Assembly (NCBI GenBank): GCA_017620435.1
Contig: JAFZQL010000147.1
Location: forward strand, 1-32,833
From: Erysipelotrichaceae bacterium
GTDB taxonomy: Bacteria > Bacillota_I > Bacilli_A > Erysipelotrichales > Erysipelotrichaceae
DNA: 32,833 nucleotides
Reading direction: 5' to 3'
The stretch's first letter is position 1; the number at the start of each line of letters is the position of its first letter. The notes beneath the pieces are model-generated. The model had not been told where the DNA came from. It saw only the letters and a program-made list of their open reading frames with translations, and did no database searches. The position numbers and the translations under genes were made by a program. Below, piece by piece: positions 16,434 to 25,139 of the stretch.

Positions 16434-16460
16434 AAAAACTCCCCCCTCTGTTTCGGGAGT
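16434..16460 (-). terminator. Rho-independent terminator after the lipid kinase gene
   Basis: On the minus strand, ACUCCC-(11-nt loop)-GGGAGU is followed by UUUU, starting 6 nt after the stop codon. Alternative G/C pairings are possible. Confidence 0.55.
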
Positions 16461-16466
16461 TTTTTC

Positions 16467-17378
16467 TTACATTTCCGGTGCGGCGAACCTGACAGCCAGC
16501 GGAACGACTTCTACCGTGAATCTGTTCCTGTAGATGATCTCTCCATCCAGCGAGAACGCAAAGCCTTCCGGCGCTTCCACTTCGACCTTCTTCGCTCTTC
16601 TGTAGATGATGATGTCCTTGAACTTGTCGTTATTCAGATGTTCGCCCTTGGTATAGACGCCGATCAGAGAAACGAAACGCAGTCTGGAGATCGGTTTTAC
16701 CAGACATACTTCCATGTATCCGTCGTTGAGTTCAGCCAGAGGCGCGCATTTGAATGAACCGCCTACATATCTGCCGTTGGACAGCGTACAAAGCAAAGCC
16801 ACACCATCCGGATTCAGCAGTTCTCCATCCGCAGTTACCTTGAACTGATTCTTCATGCTTCTGATGAGAGCTCTGACGATGCCCTTGGTATAGAGATTCT
16901 TTCCGGCATTGCCGCTTTTTTCTCTGCCTTCATTGACAGTGATCGCGACTGTCGTATCGAAACCGAAGTTCACTACGTTGTTACTGTAGCGGTCACCCAC
17001 TTTCAGCAGGTCTATCTTCTCCGCCTTGGCTTTTACGACTCTGTTGATGTCAAAAAACTTCTCAGGGCCTCCGTAGGCCTTCACAAAGTCGTTTCCGCTT
17101 CCGCAGGGATAACAGCTCACCTCCGCATTCTCATGCCCTACAGCCCCGTTAAACACCTCAGAAAGCGTCCCGTCACCGCCGCAGGCAATGAACCTAACCG
17201 TCTCATCAGGATACTTCTCGCAATACTCCCTGACAAACTTTGTCGCATCTTCAACCCCCTGGGTAATGTAGATCTCGCAGCTGTTCTTGACTTCAGAATC
17301 TTCAATCGCCTTTCTGACAGCATACTCGCTGTTGGCTTCCCCGGCATGCGGATTCACCACAAATACGTACTTCATCAT
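16467..17378 (-). CDS. Diacylglycerol-kinase-family lipid kinase (YegS/BmrU/DagK type)
   Basis: Contains VVNPHAG and the ACGGDGT nucleotide loop, and is about 300 aa. There are two tandem ATGs (17378 and 17375), and the second has better spacing to GGAGG. Confidence 0.85.
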   Translation of the reverse strand: MMKYVFVVNPHAGEANSEYAVRKAIEDSEVKNSCEIYITQGVEDATKFVREYCEKYPDETVRFIACGGDGTLSEVFNGAVGHENAEVSCYPCGSGNDFVKAYGGPEKFFDINRVVKAKAEKIDLLKVGDRYSNNVVNFGFDTTVAITVNEGREKSGNAGKNLYTKGIVRALIRSMKNQFKVTADGELLNPDGVALLCTLSNGRYVGGSFKCAPLAELNDGYMEVCLVKPISRLRFVSLIGVYTKGEHLNNDKFKDIIIYRRAKKVEVEAPEGFAFSLDGEIIYRNRFTVEVVPLAVRFAAPEM

Positions 17379-18041
17379 TTATCCTCCCATCATTATGATT
17401 CCAACCGTGATCATCAGTTCTCCAAGCAGGTATGCCAACATCACGGCAAAGTGTTTCTTCGGTATCAGGTTCCGGTTCTTGTGATAACGGACCAGGAAAA
17501 GAATACAGTCGGAAATATAGAACAGCAGCGCACCGAGAAAGGCGGTCAGCGCTCCATGGTTTTTCAGAGTGATCAGCTGCATCAGAGCAAAGACGTTCAT
17601 CGTCGAATTGCACAGCAGATAGAAATACATCAGCGGCAGCATGGCTTTCGGGGTATTGTCTTTCACGGCAAGGACGACCTTGAGACCGACGCTGAAATAC
17701 AGGATGGCAGCCGGGATGACAAGCAGCCACGGAATTCCGGCAAAGCTGATACGGACATAATAGACCGTGATAAAAAACAGATGGCAGAATATGAAGCTGA
17801 TGCCTCCGAACACAAACCACTTGTCTCCTTTCGGTATCAGCAGGACGTCTCCCAGCCAGCTGGTAAACAAAGCCATAAGCAAAGGGACATTGATTCTGTC
17901 CATGGAAAAGACATAGTAAAGAATCAGAAAAATCAATAGAAAAGGCTTGGTGATCTTTCTCTTAGGATCATCTTTCCAGCTGTGATACAGATGGACTGCG
18001 CTGAATACTGCATACAGTCCCAGCATGATCTTATTCAACAT
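17379..18041 (-). CDS. YhhN/TMEM86-family membrane protein (lysoplasmalogenase family)
   Basis: Carries the family motifs TKPFLL, LGDVLL, GGISFIFCHL and GALLFYISDCIL and about 8 TM spans. Its stop abuts the lipid kinase start. Confidence 0.8.
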   Translation of the reverse strand: MLNKIMLGLYAVFSAVHLYHSWKDDPKRKITKPFLLIFLILYYVFSMDRINVPLLMALFTSWLGDVLLIPKGDKWFVFGGISFIFCHLFFITVYYVRISFAGIPWLLVIPAAILYFSVGLKVVLAVKDNTPKAMLPLMYFYLLCNSTMNVFALMQLITLKNHGALTAFLGALLFYISDCILFLVRYHKNRNLIPKKHFAVMLAYLLGELMITVGIIMMGG

Positions 18042-18090
18042 ATTTCTTTATATTCATTATATGACAGGATGGTCCTGTTCTAAACAGTGA

Positions 18091-18654
18091 TCAGCGTTCT
18101 TTCCACTGAAAAGTCCGATAGACATCTCCTTCCAGCGTCTTCCATTGAAAGAGATCGTCTTCAAATGTCATGTAGCCATGCGGTGTACCGTTCTTTGGCA
18201 TGGACACGGATCCCGGATTCATGAAGATCAGGCCGTCTTCTTCCTCGCACAGAGGGACATGGGTATGTCCGTAGAGCAGGATATCGCCGGGCTGCAGGGC
18301 AGGATGTCTGTCTTTGCTGTAGATGTGACCGTGGGTCGCAAAGATCATCCTCTTGCCGACCGGCAGCAGGATGTATTCTGACATGATCGGAAATTCCAGA
18401 ACCATCTGGTCCACTTCCGCTTCACAGTTTCCTCTTACGGAAATAACGATATCCTTTATCCCGTTCAGCAGTTCAATGACCTTCTTCGGCGCATATTCTT
18501 CCGGAAGATCGTTCCTCGGTCCGTGATACAGCAAATCTCCCAGAAGAAGCATCCTGTCTGCTTCTTCTCTGCGACAGGCTTCGATCAGTTTCCCGCACCA
18601 GTATGCGGAACCGTGGATATCTGAGGCGATCAGCCACTTCATTTTCTTTTCCAT
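18091..18654 (-). CDS. yfcE: YfcE-type metallophosphoesterase (MJ0936 family phosphodiesterase)
   Basis: Contains ASDIHGS, LGDLLYHGPRNDLPEEYAPKKV, VRGNCEAEVDQM, THGH, YGHTH and NPGSVS, colinear with E. coli YfcE. An alternative start exists at the MKW codon (18642). Confidence 0.88.
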   Translation of the reverse strand: MEKKMKWLIASDIHGSAYWCGKLIEACRREEADRMLLLGDLLYHGPRNDLPEEYAPKKVIELLNGIKDIVISVRGNCEAEVDQMVLEFPIMSEYILLPVGKRMIFATHGHIYSKDRHPALQPGDILLYGHTHVPLCEEEDGLIFMNPGSVSMPKNGTPHGYMTFEDDLFQWKTLEGDVYRTFQWKER

Positions 18655-19430
18655 CAGAAACTGTGGCCTCCTCCGCCGCCTCCGCCGCCGGAAGAACCGC
18701 CTCCGCCGCCTCCGCCGCCTCCGCCGGAATAACCGCCTCCGCCGCCACCGCCGGAAGATTCAATGTGTCTGGATCTCTTGGATTTGACCAGATGACGGCT
18801 CAGGACATTGATGCCCACCGATGAGGTCATGGCTGCCTGTGTTTTTTCATAGGAAACGTTACGGATCTGCTTCCTACCGAAGATCAACACATAGAAGTTG
18901 ATCAGCAGGGCCGAGACCAGTGAGATCAGCAGGTTGGAGATGTGTTTCATCGGCTGGGAGATCTTTCCTCCTTCCAGCAAAGTCAGTGCCTGTTCATAGA
19001 CGTGATAGGCGCATTCGTAGTATTCGCCTCTGGAAGCGTAACGATAGACGTTGTCCGTGATCGTATTGGCATAGGACTTGCTGATGATGCGGTAGATCGC
19101 CCCGTTACAGTGGATCCAGATGTTCCTCTTGCCCATATCCACCACAAACAGGATGCCGCTCTCCGTCCCGAAGAGTTCTCTGTAAAGTCTCTTGGCATAG
19201 GATCCCGTATCCGAATACTGGCTCACGGTAACAAATCCCACGTTGCCGTAACGGGTGATCTTGTTCATTTCCTGCCGAAGCAGTTTCTCTTCGGAATCAC
19301 TCAGCAGGTCTTCGCTGTCATCGATGTAGATCTGATAGCCGCTGTCTGCCTGAAGGTTTCTGGTAAATGTGAAAGACAGGAAGGAAACCATCAGCAGGAT
19401 GATCAGGAATAAACTAAATCTCTTTCGCAC
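18654..19430 (-). CDS. TPM-domain membrane protein with a poly-glycine C-terminal tail (YgcG/YdjH-like)
   Basis: GTG start 8 nt after GGAGG. It has a signal/anchor helix, a TPM-like domain, one TM, then SSGGGGGGGYSGGGGGGGGGGSSGGGGGGGGHSF. Its stop overlaps the yfcE start (TGATG). Confidence 0.8.
   Translation of the reverse strand: MRKRFSLFLIILLMVSFLSFTFTRNLQADSGYQIYIDDSEDLLSDSEEKLLRQEMNKITRYGNVGFVTVSQYSDTGSYAKRLYRELFGTESGILFVVDMGKRNIWIHCNGAIYRIISKSYANTITDNVYRYASRGEYYECAYHVYEQALTLLEGGKISQPMKHISNLLISLVSALLINFYVLIFGRKQIRNVSYEKTQAAMTSSVGINVLSRHLVKSKRSRHIESSGGGGGGGYSGGGGGGGGGGSSGGGGGGGGHSF
18666..18752 (-). repeat. (GGN)n simple-sequence tract encoding the poly-Gly tail
   Basis: Runs of 8, 10 and 7 Gly codons (ggc/gga/ggt) are separated by Ser/Tyr codons. 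The plus strand reads as repeated ccgcctccgccgcc units. Confidence 0.9.
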
Positions 19431-21042
19431 TGTCGTTTCCTCCTTTTCTGGTATAGAAAGACGGCAGAGGTCTGGTCGATGACTCGTTGAAACGGGTAAT
19501 CAGATCGATCGCCATCAGTGATGCCGCAAACAGGCAGATCAGTCCGCCCAGGTAGTACCACCAGTCCTGAACCGGTTCGGCTGCCGCTACCAGAAAGCTG
19601 TAGACAACGGCTCCGAAAGCGATCAGCGCAAACAGGAAGGACCACTTGTTTTTGAGATGTCTGGATACGGACAGGGTCTTCAGGAAACGGAAGAACTGCA
19701 GGAAGAGGATGAAGAAAGTCATCCCGATCGCTGCGGTCTGAGTTACCAGGATATCGTACATCAGTCCGCTGAAGGCGAAGATGAACAGGAAACCGATGCC
19801 CATGATCGTCAGGACCATGGTGGCGCCGGTATTGATCTTGCCCAGAATGGATTTCGATCTCTTTCTGAGACGTTCTCTTTTTCTTTCCGACATTTCCAGA
19901 TCGTCTTCATCGGAAATCAGATAGCCTTTGTCGAAGACATGGTTCTCCCTATCTCTGATCTCTTTGAGTTCCTTGTAGTAACGGACCGATACGATATAGA
20001 CCAGCAGGGCCGCAAACCAGAGTACGAATCTGGAAGTTACTGTCACAAATAAAGTCAGCAGGACAAACAATGCCACTGTTCCTGCCAGCGTATACAGGAT
20101 GAACTGTCCGACATCGGCAGGCAGATCGATATGAATCTTTCCCGTCTGGCCGTTTACGACCGCATAGGCGACTCGGTTTCCCTTCTTCCAGGTCAAAAAC
20201 CATACCGGCAGAAAAAGCGTATCTTCGTGGTCGTAACGCGCCTGCAGGAGATCCTGACGTTTCTTGCCCATCGGAAGCTTCAGATTGATGATATGTCCGA
20301 CACTGTCTTTGATGTTGCCGATCACCGCTTCCGTGGCATTCTCCAGGACTTCTTCTTCATAGAGTTTCGCATCCACGTTCGGTGCATCCGCATACATGCC
20401 TGCCAGATAGCCCGGTCTATATTCCGTCAGGTCTTTTCTGTTGAAAGGAGCGATGTCTTCCGCGATCGTATCGTCAAAGTTCCGGGAAGCATCGTAAGGA
20501 AGTCCGTAGACTCCCTGATCCCTGATCTCGGCCTGTATCTTGTATTCTTCGTGGTAGTCGTATCCTCCTCTGGTATAGTTGCGATATCCGTCCAGGGTGA
20601 ATTCGTCGTCTCTGAACTTTACCTGATAGAGCCAGTAAGGAATATAGAAAGGACGGAAACGGTCGATGAAGTCCGGATCCTTGAACTCTTTCGGAACATA
20701 GATCTTGTTTTTCAGTTCATTGCTGTAGATCTGCTTGCAGCGGCTTTTGGTGACTCTGAATGGAATGATGTATTTCGGTTTCTTCACACCGGTAAGATTG
20801 GACTCAAGGATCGCTTCCGAACCGCAGTAGCTGCAGTAATCCACCGCCCTGTCGTCACCGGAAATCAGCTGCGCTCCGCAGCTCTTGCAGGTATAAAAAC
20901 GCGCATCTTCAAAAACCAGTTCCTCCGCATCCGCATCGACCTGATACTTGTCGAGATCGAATTCGGAAGAACAGCTCCGGCATTTCAGATTATGGTTCTT
21001 GATGTCGTAGTACAGCGTTCCCGAACAGTTAGGACATTTCAA
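19414..21042 (-). CDS. Double zinc-ribbon protein with a soluble middle domain and about 6 C-terminal TM helices (YdjG-like?)
   Basis: TTG start 9 nt after AGGAGG. It has CPNC...CRSC and CKSC...CSYC ribbons and three hydrophobic hairpins in the C-terminal half. It overlaps the TPM gene by 17 nt. Confidence 0.75.
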   Translation of the reverse strand: MKCPNCSGTLYYDIKNHNLKCRSCSSEFDLDKYQVDADAEELVFEDARFYTCKSCGAQLISGDDRAVDYCSYCGSEAILESNLTGVKKPKYIIPFRVTKSRCKQIYSNELKNKIYVPKEFKDPDFIDRFRPFYIPYWLYQVKFRDDEFTLDGYRNYTRGGYDYHEEYKIQAEIRDQGVYGLPYDASRNFDDTIAEDIAPFNRKDLTEYRPGYLAGMYADAPNVDAKLYEEEVLENATEAVIGNIKDSVGHIINLKLPMGKKRQDLLQARYDHEDTLFLPVWFLTWKKGNRVAYAVVNGQTGKIHIDLPADVGQFILYTLAGTVALFVLLTLFVTVTSRFVLWFAALLVYIVSVRYYKELKEIRDRENHVFDKGYLISDEDDLEMSERKRERLRKRSKSILGKINTGATMVLTIMGIGFLFIFAFSGLMYDILVTQTAAIGMTFFILFLQFFRFLKTLSVSRHLKNKWSFLFALIAFGAVVYSFLVAAAEPVQDWWYYLGGLICLFAASLMAIDLITRFNESSTRPLPSFYTRKGGNDSAKEI

Positions 21043-21091
21043 TGCCGTACACCTCCTTATCTGTATATTTATTTCAGTATAACAAACATTT

Positions 21092-21634
21092 TTAGATCAA
21101 AGACAAAGCCAGGCAGACAGCTCCGCATCCCAGCATCAGATAGATCGGATTGATCCGGTACTTTCTTAGCAGGAAGAATGAAACAAGAGCCATCACCAGC
21201 AGCAGGAAATCTACTGCACCCTCATGGTACATGGAACTCAGCAGTATCGTCAGGAAAGTCGAAAAGATCATAGCCGTAGCCATACACTTGATGGAAAGGA
21301 TACTTTCATCGATATAGGATACCCGGCGGTATTTCCGATAAACCCAAATCAGGATCAGAGAAATGATAAAGGACGGGATGATACAGCCGATACTGGCAGC
21401 CACAGCCCCCGGAATACCGGCAATCTTCATGCCGATGTAGGTTGCCGAATTGATCAGAATAGGACCCGGCGTAAGTTCATCGATCGCAACCAGGTCGCGG
21501 AATTCCGCGATACTCATCCATCCGTTGATCTCTACGATCTGTTTCTCAATGATCGCCATCGCTCCGTAGGCACCGCCGAAAGACATCGAACCGATCTTCA
21601 TAAAGGACAGGACGATCTGCAGGATCATTTTCAT
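21092..21634 (-). CDS. chrA: Chromate transporter family, short-chain half (second of pair)
   Basis: 180 aa. Contains FGGAYGAMAIIEKQIV...W and DELTPGPILINSATYIG, the CHR-family motifs. There is an ATGA overlap with the upstream half. Confidence 0.85.
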   Translation of the reverse strand: MKMILQIVLSFMKIGSMSFGGAYGAMAIIEKQIVEINGWMSIAEFRDLVAIDELTPGPILINSATYIGMKIAGIPGAVAASIGCIIPSFIISLILIWVYRKYRRVSYIDESILSIKCMATAMIFSTFLTILLSSMYHEGAVDFLLLVMALVSFFLLRKYRINPIYLMLGCGAVCLALSLI

Positions 21635-22188
21635 TTCCCTGCCTCCTTCCTTTCGACGATGAATGTCTTAATCACGGAAACGGCAATACAAAGCAGCAGC
21701 AGAACAAAGATAGACAGATCCGTATATCTGACGATCAGAAAACAAAGGACGGTCAGAAGCACATGCATCACGACATCTTTCTTCAGTAGATTGCTAAAAA
21801 GGGAAAGGATGACATCCGCCAGCATCGCGCAGACTCCCGCCTGCATGCCCTGCATAAAGATCCGGACATACGGATTGGCGGCAACGGCCTGATAGAAATA
21901 TGTGACGGCGATCATCACCAGGATCGGCGGCAGGATACAGCCCGTGATCGCTGCGACGGATCCCGGAATACCTGCACTCTGATAGCCGATGATGGAAGAA
22001 ATGCTGACGGCAACCGGTCCCGGCGTGCTTTGTGCCAGAGCGATGAAATCGTTCATCTGTTCTTCGGTAAACCATTTGTACCGGTCGACGAAACGGTTCT
22101 TCAAAACGCTCAGGATCGCATAGCCGGAATTGGCAGTCGCACTGACGGAAAAAGTCGTGATAAACAGCAATCTCAGTTTTTCTTTCAT
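21631..22188 (-). CDS. chrA: Chromate transporter family, short-chain half (first of pair)
   Basis: 185 aa. Contains AQSTPGPVAVSISSIIGY and several TM spans. The paired arrangement resembles the Bacillus short-chain CHR pairs. Confidence 0.85.
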   Translation of the reverse strand: MKEKLRLLFITTFSVSATANSGYAILSVLKNRFVDRYKWFTEEQMNDFIALAQSTPGPVAVSISSIIGYQSAGIPGSVAAITGCILPPILVMIAVTYFYQAVAANPYVRIFMQGMQAGVCAMLADVILSLFSNLLKKDVVMHVLLTVLCFLIVRYTDLSIFVLLLLCIAVSVIKTFIVERKEAGK

Positions 22189-22198
22189 ACTTAAATCT

Positions 22199-22207
22199 AT
22201 TATACCA
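22199..22207 (-). promoter_or_regulatory. Extended -10 element (TGGTATAAT) immediately upstream of the chrA pair
   Basis: On the minus strand, TGGTATAAT ends 10 nt before the ATG at 22188, with no SD in between. This implies a near-leaderless transcript. Confidence 0.35.
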
Positions 22208-22285
22208 AGTAAGCGATCATTCGGGATCTGTCTTTCCTTTTCTGAATACCGGCAACGGATTATAATAAAAGGGGAGAATAAAAAA

Positions 22286-22888
22286 ATGAATCAGAAAATC
22301 AGAGATAGTGTTCTGCATACCTGGGAAACCGAGAGCGAGGAGATCGCCCGTCTGGCAGAAACGGTAGATGAAGAAGCACTGGAAAAGATCGTCGAAAGGA
22401 TCCTGTCCGATCAGGGAAGGATCGTTCTGACGGGCTGCGGCACTTCGGCGATGGCGGCACAGAAGATCGTCCATTCTTTGAGGGTGATCGATATTCCGGC
22501 GCTATATCTGAATCCTTCGGATGCCGTACATGGCGCGCTTGGCGCTGTACAGAAGAACGATACCGTTATTTTTATTTCCAAGGGCGGAAATACCGCGGAA
22601 CTGCTTTCTTTTCTGGATAATGTGAAACAGAAGGAAGCCTATGTCGTTGCGGTCAGCGAGAATGAGGGTTCCAGACTGGCGAAAGAGGCCGATCTCTACC
22701 TGAAAGTCAGGATACTGAGGGAACCAGATCCGTTTGACATGCTGGCGACGGCAAGTACCATGGCTGTCATTGCACTGTTTGATGCCGTCTGTATTGCCGT
22801 AATGGAACAGAAATCCTTCAGCAGGGACAGTTTTGCCCTGAATCATCCCGGCGGAGCGGTGGGAGAGCGTCTGAAAGACCATAAATAG
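22286..22888 (+). CDS. SIS-domain sugar-phosphate isomerase, KpsF/GutQ (arabinose-5-phosphate isomerase)-like but without CBS domains
   Basis: Contains LTGCGTS, FISKGGNT and the C-terminal NHPGGAVGERL. I chose the ATG at 22286 (GGGGAG 9 nt upstream) rather than the ORF-track start at 22130. Confidence 0.78.
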   Translation: MNQKIRDSVLHTWETESEEIARLAETVDEEALEKIVERILSDQGRIVLTGCGTSAMAAQKIVHSLRVIDIPALYLNPSDAVHGALGAVQKNDTVIFISKGGNTAELLSFLDNVKQKEAYVVAVSENEGSRLAKEADLYLKVRILREPDPFDMLATASTMAVIALFDAVCIAVMEQKSFSRDSFALNHPGGAVGERLKDHK

Positions 22889-22948
22889 AAAAGTCTGCAT
22901 CTTCACATGCAGGCTGTAGTATCATAAAGGTGAATAAGGAGAAAAATC

Positions 22949-23608
22949 ATGAAACTGAACAAGTATATCGATCATACTTTACTGAAAGCGGATGCGACAA
23001 AGGAAAAGATCCTTGCCTTATGTGAACAGGCAAGAGAATACGATTTTGCCAGCGTCTGCGTCAATTCCTGCTGGGTCAAAACCTGTAAAGAAGCGCTGCA
23101 GGGAACGGACGTCGAGGTCTGTACCGTTGTCGGTTTCCCTCTGGGTGCCATGTCTGTGGAAGGCAAGGCCTTTGAAACGAAACAGGCTGTTGCGGATGGC
23201 GCAGATGAGATCGATATGGTCATCAATATCGGCGCATTGAAGGACAAGGATTACGACTTCGTAACGAAGGATATTGCGGCAGTCGTAGAAGCTGCCGGAG
23301 GCAAGACGGTCAAGGTCATCATCGAAGCCTGCCTGCTGACGGATGAAGAAAAAGTGGAAGCCTGCAAGTGTTCGATCAAAGGCGGTGCGGATTTCGTCAA
23401 GACATCGACCGGTTTCTCTACCGGAGGCGCTACTCCGGAAGATGTCAGACTGATGTATGAAACAGTTAAGGATGCCGGATTGAAAGTCAAGGCTGCCGGA
23501 GGCATCAGGACTCTGGAGGATGCCGAGAAGATGATCGCAGCCGGAGCGGAAAGACTTGGCTGTTCCGCAGGTCTGCAGATCATGAAAGATTTCGAAGCAA
23601 AACAGTAA
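22949..23608 (+). CDS. deoC: Deoxyribose-phosphate aldolase (copy 2, canonical)
   Basis: Contains [46 protein letters not shown] and AGAERLG. AAGGAG SD. Confidence 0.92.
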   Translation: MKLNKYIDHTLLKADATKEKILALCEQAREYDFASVCVNSCWVKTCKEALQGTDVEVCTVVGFPLGAMSVEGKAFETKQAVADGADEIDMVINIGALKDKDYDFVTKDIAAVVEAAGGKTVKVIIEACLLTDEEKVEACKCSIKGGADFVKTSTGFSTGGATPEDVRLMYETVKDAGLKVKAAGGIRTLEDAEKMIAAGAERLGCSAGLQIMKDFEAKQ

Positions 23609-23612
23609 AAAC

Positions 23613-23639
23613 AAAAGAGGAACGAAGGTTCCTCTTTTT
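23613..23639. terminator. Bidirectional terminator between deoC (copy 2) and the VOC gene
   Basis: AAA-AGAGGAAC-gaag-GTTCCTCT-TTTT. It overlaps the VOC stop codon. Confidence 0.75.
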
Positions 23640-24111
23640 AATCGATATGTCCCGTCAGCTGGAAAGATTCCGGCGTATACTGCATGACCTCGATCCGGTT
23701 GTCGTCGGGATCGGCGATCCACAGCTGCCAGGTACGGGAGTTTCCGATCTTCGGCTCGATCAGGATCGGGATCCCCTGTTCTGTCAGATAGTCCCTGGCT
23801 TTGAAGATGTCATCTACCACTACGGCGAAATGGGAATAGCCCGTATCCCTGTTGAAGACAATATGTTCTTTCTGCTCTTCCCCTTTCGGATAGAGTTCCA
23901 CGAACTGTCCCGGTGCGATCTCGACATAGACGATGCAGTAGTCTTCCGGTGTTTCCAGCGCCTTCTGATAGAAGGAACTTTCCGGCTGATCCAGATAGGC
24001 TTTGTATTTGACAGCCATCTTAACCTTGCCTCCCAGTTTCTCATAGAAACGGATCGAACGGTTGAGATCTTCCGCAAAGAAAGTGACATGCATGATGGAT
24101 TGAAACAGCAT
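23638..24111 (-). CDS. VOC/glyoxalase-family protein
   Basis: 157 aa. The start MHVTFFAEDLNRSIRFYEKLG and the second-half HFAVVVDD...ARDYL fit the paired beta-alpha-beta-beta-beta VOC fold. AAGGAG SD. Confidence 0.78.
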   Translation of the reverse strand: MLFQSIMHVTFFAEDLNRSIRFYEKLGGKVKMAVKYKAYLDQPESSFYQKALETPEDYCIVYVEIAPGQFVELYPKGEEQKEHIVFNRDTGYSHFAVVVDDIFKARDYLTEQGIPILIEPKIGNSRTWQLWIADPDDNRIEVMQYTPESFQLTGHID

Positions 24112-24125
24112 TTCTGTTCTCCTTT

Positions 24126-24158
24126 AAAACAGCAGCGGTCCTTACGGGCCGCTGTTTT
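24126..24158 (-). terminator. Probable terminator after the transketolase genes
   Basis: On the minus strand, CAGCGGCCC-guaa-GGACCGCUG (one internal mismatch) is followed by CUGUUUU, 22 nt after the stop codon. Confidence 0.5.
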
Positions 24159-24179
24159 CTTTGATATTTCCGTTACGGA

Positions 24180-25139
24180 TTATTTCAGCAGTTCTTTAAC
24201 GGCTGCGATCAGATCATCGGCAGTAAGACAGAATTCCTTCTGCAGCCAGTCTGCAGTACCGACCTGTCCGAACTCATCCTTGACGCCTAACCTCTTGAAT
24301 GGTACGGCAACGGTATTCTCTGCCAGCACTTCGGCTACGGCAGAACCCAGACCGCCGATGATGTTGTGGTTCTCGAAAGAAACGACGGCTTTCTTGCCTT
24401 TGGCTTCAGACAGTACCAGTTCTACGTCCAGCGGCTTGATCGTAAACATGTCGACGACTTCCGTAGAGATTCCTTCTGCTTCCAGTTTCTCTGCAGCATC
24501 CAATGCATCCGCCAGCAGCTGACCGGCCGTGATGATCAGAACATCCTTGCCTTCTTTCACGACATTGCCTTTGCCCAGTTCGAACGTTGAACCCGGTTCA
24601 TAAACGTTACGGACATCCTTACGGTTGGCTCTCAGGTAGTGGACGCCTTTCAGTTTGGCGAATTCTCTGACGACCCATTCCGTCTGTACGGCATCCGCAG
24701 GATCGCAGATGACTGCCGTAGGCATCGCTCTATACAGGGCGACATCCTCAAACGTAGTATGCGTACCGCCGTTGGCAGCTACGGTAAAGCCCGGATCGGA
24801 TCCGTAGACATTGACTGTATTGTGGGCATAAGCGCCGGAGAGATAGATCTGATCATAGACTCTTCTGGACGCGAACGGTCCGAAAGTGTGAACGAATGGT
24901 TTGAATCCTTCCACAGAAAGACCGGCAGCCGTACCGACCATGTTGGCTTCGGCAATACCCATCTGGATGAACCTGTCCGGATGTGCCTTCTCGATCAGAC
25001 GGGAGTTGCTGGCACCGGCGAGGTCCGCTTCCAGGAAGACGACCTTGTCGTCATGATCCATGACATCGTTCAATGTCTGCATGACAACTTTAGCCAGAGG
25101 AGTTCCTTTTGCGTTTCTATCCTGTGTTAACTTAAACAT
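24180..25139 (-). CDS. Transketolase, C-terminal (pyrimidine-binding) subunit
   Basis: 319 aa. Contains FIQMGIAEANMVG, HTFGPF and GGTH, typical of split transketolase subunit B. There is a TAATG overlap with the N-terminal subunit. Confidence 0.9.
   Translation of the reverse strand: MFKLTQDRNAKGTPLAKVVMQTLNDVMDHDDKVVFLEADLAGASNSRLIEKAHPDRFIQMGIAEANMVGTAAGLSVEGFKPFVHTFGPFASRRVYDQIYLSGAYAHNTVNVYGSDPGFTVAANGGTHTTFEDVALYRAMPTAVICDPADAVQTEWVVREFAKLKGVHYLRANRKDVRNVYEPGSTFELGKGNVVKEGKDVLIITAGQLLADALDAAEKLEAEGISTEVVDMFTIKPLDVELVLSEAKGKKAVVSFENHNIIGGLGSAVAEVLAENTVAVPFKRLGVKDEFGQVGTADWLQKEFCLTADDLIAAVKELLK

Noticed and set aside
18473-18824. Ala/Glu-rich and Ser/Ala-rich ORFs (18473-18763 minus, 18603-18824 plus) over the GC-rich repeat.
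   Set aside because: They are alternative-frame and alternative-strand readings of the (GGN)n tract of the TPM gene, not independent genes.
20131-21153. 340-aa plus-strand ORF, with similar long antisense ORFs at 15819-16757, 29007-29876, 23647-24522, 17133-17939, 13575-14255, 14923-15570, 9376-9978, 10298-10921, 2194-2757, 2917-3573, 5270-5821 and 12387-12982.
   Set aside because: Each lies antisense to, or out of frame within, a gene with clear family motifs and a good SD. Their products are low-complexity and Arg/Asp/Phe-rich, with no start signals. They follow from the codon bias that removes antisense stop codons.
22130-22285. Longer start (22130) for the SIS protein.
   Set aside because: The extra 52 codons run through the chrA divergent promoter region and encode a nonsensical hydrophobic/basic peptide. 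The ATG at 22286 has GGGGAG at proper spacing.
22892-22912. The hairpin CTGCAT-cttcac-ATGCAG between the SIS gene and deoC copy 2, as a terminator.
   Set aside because: It has only a 6-bp stem and no following U-tract, and the deoC SD follows closely. The two genes are more likely co-transcribed.
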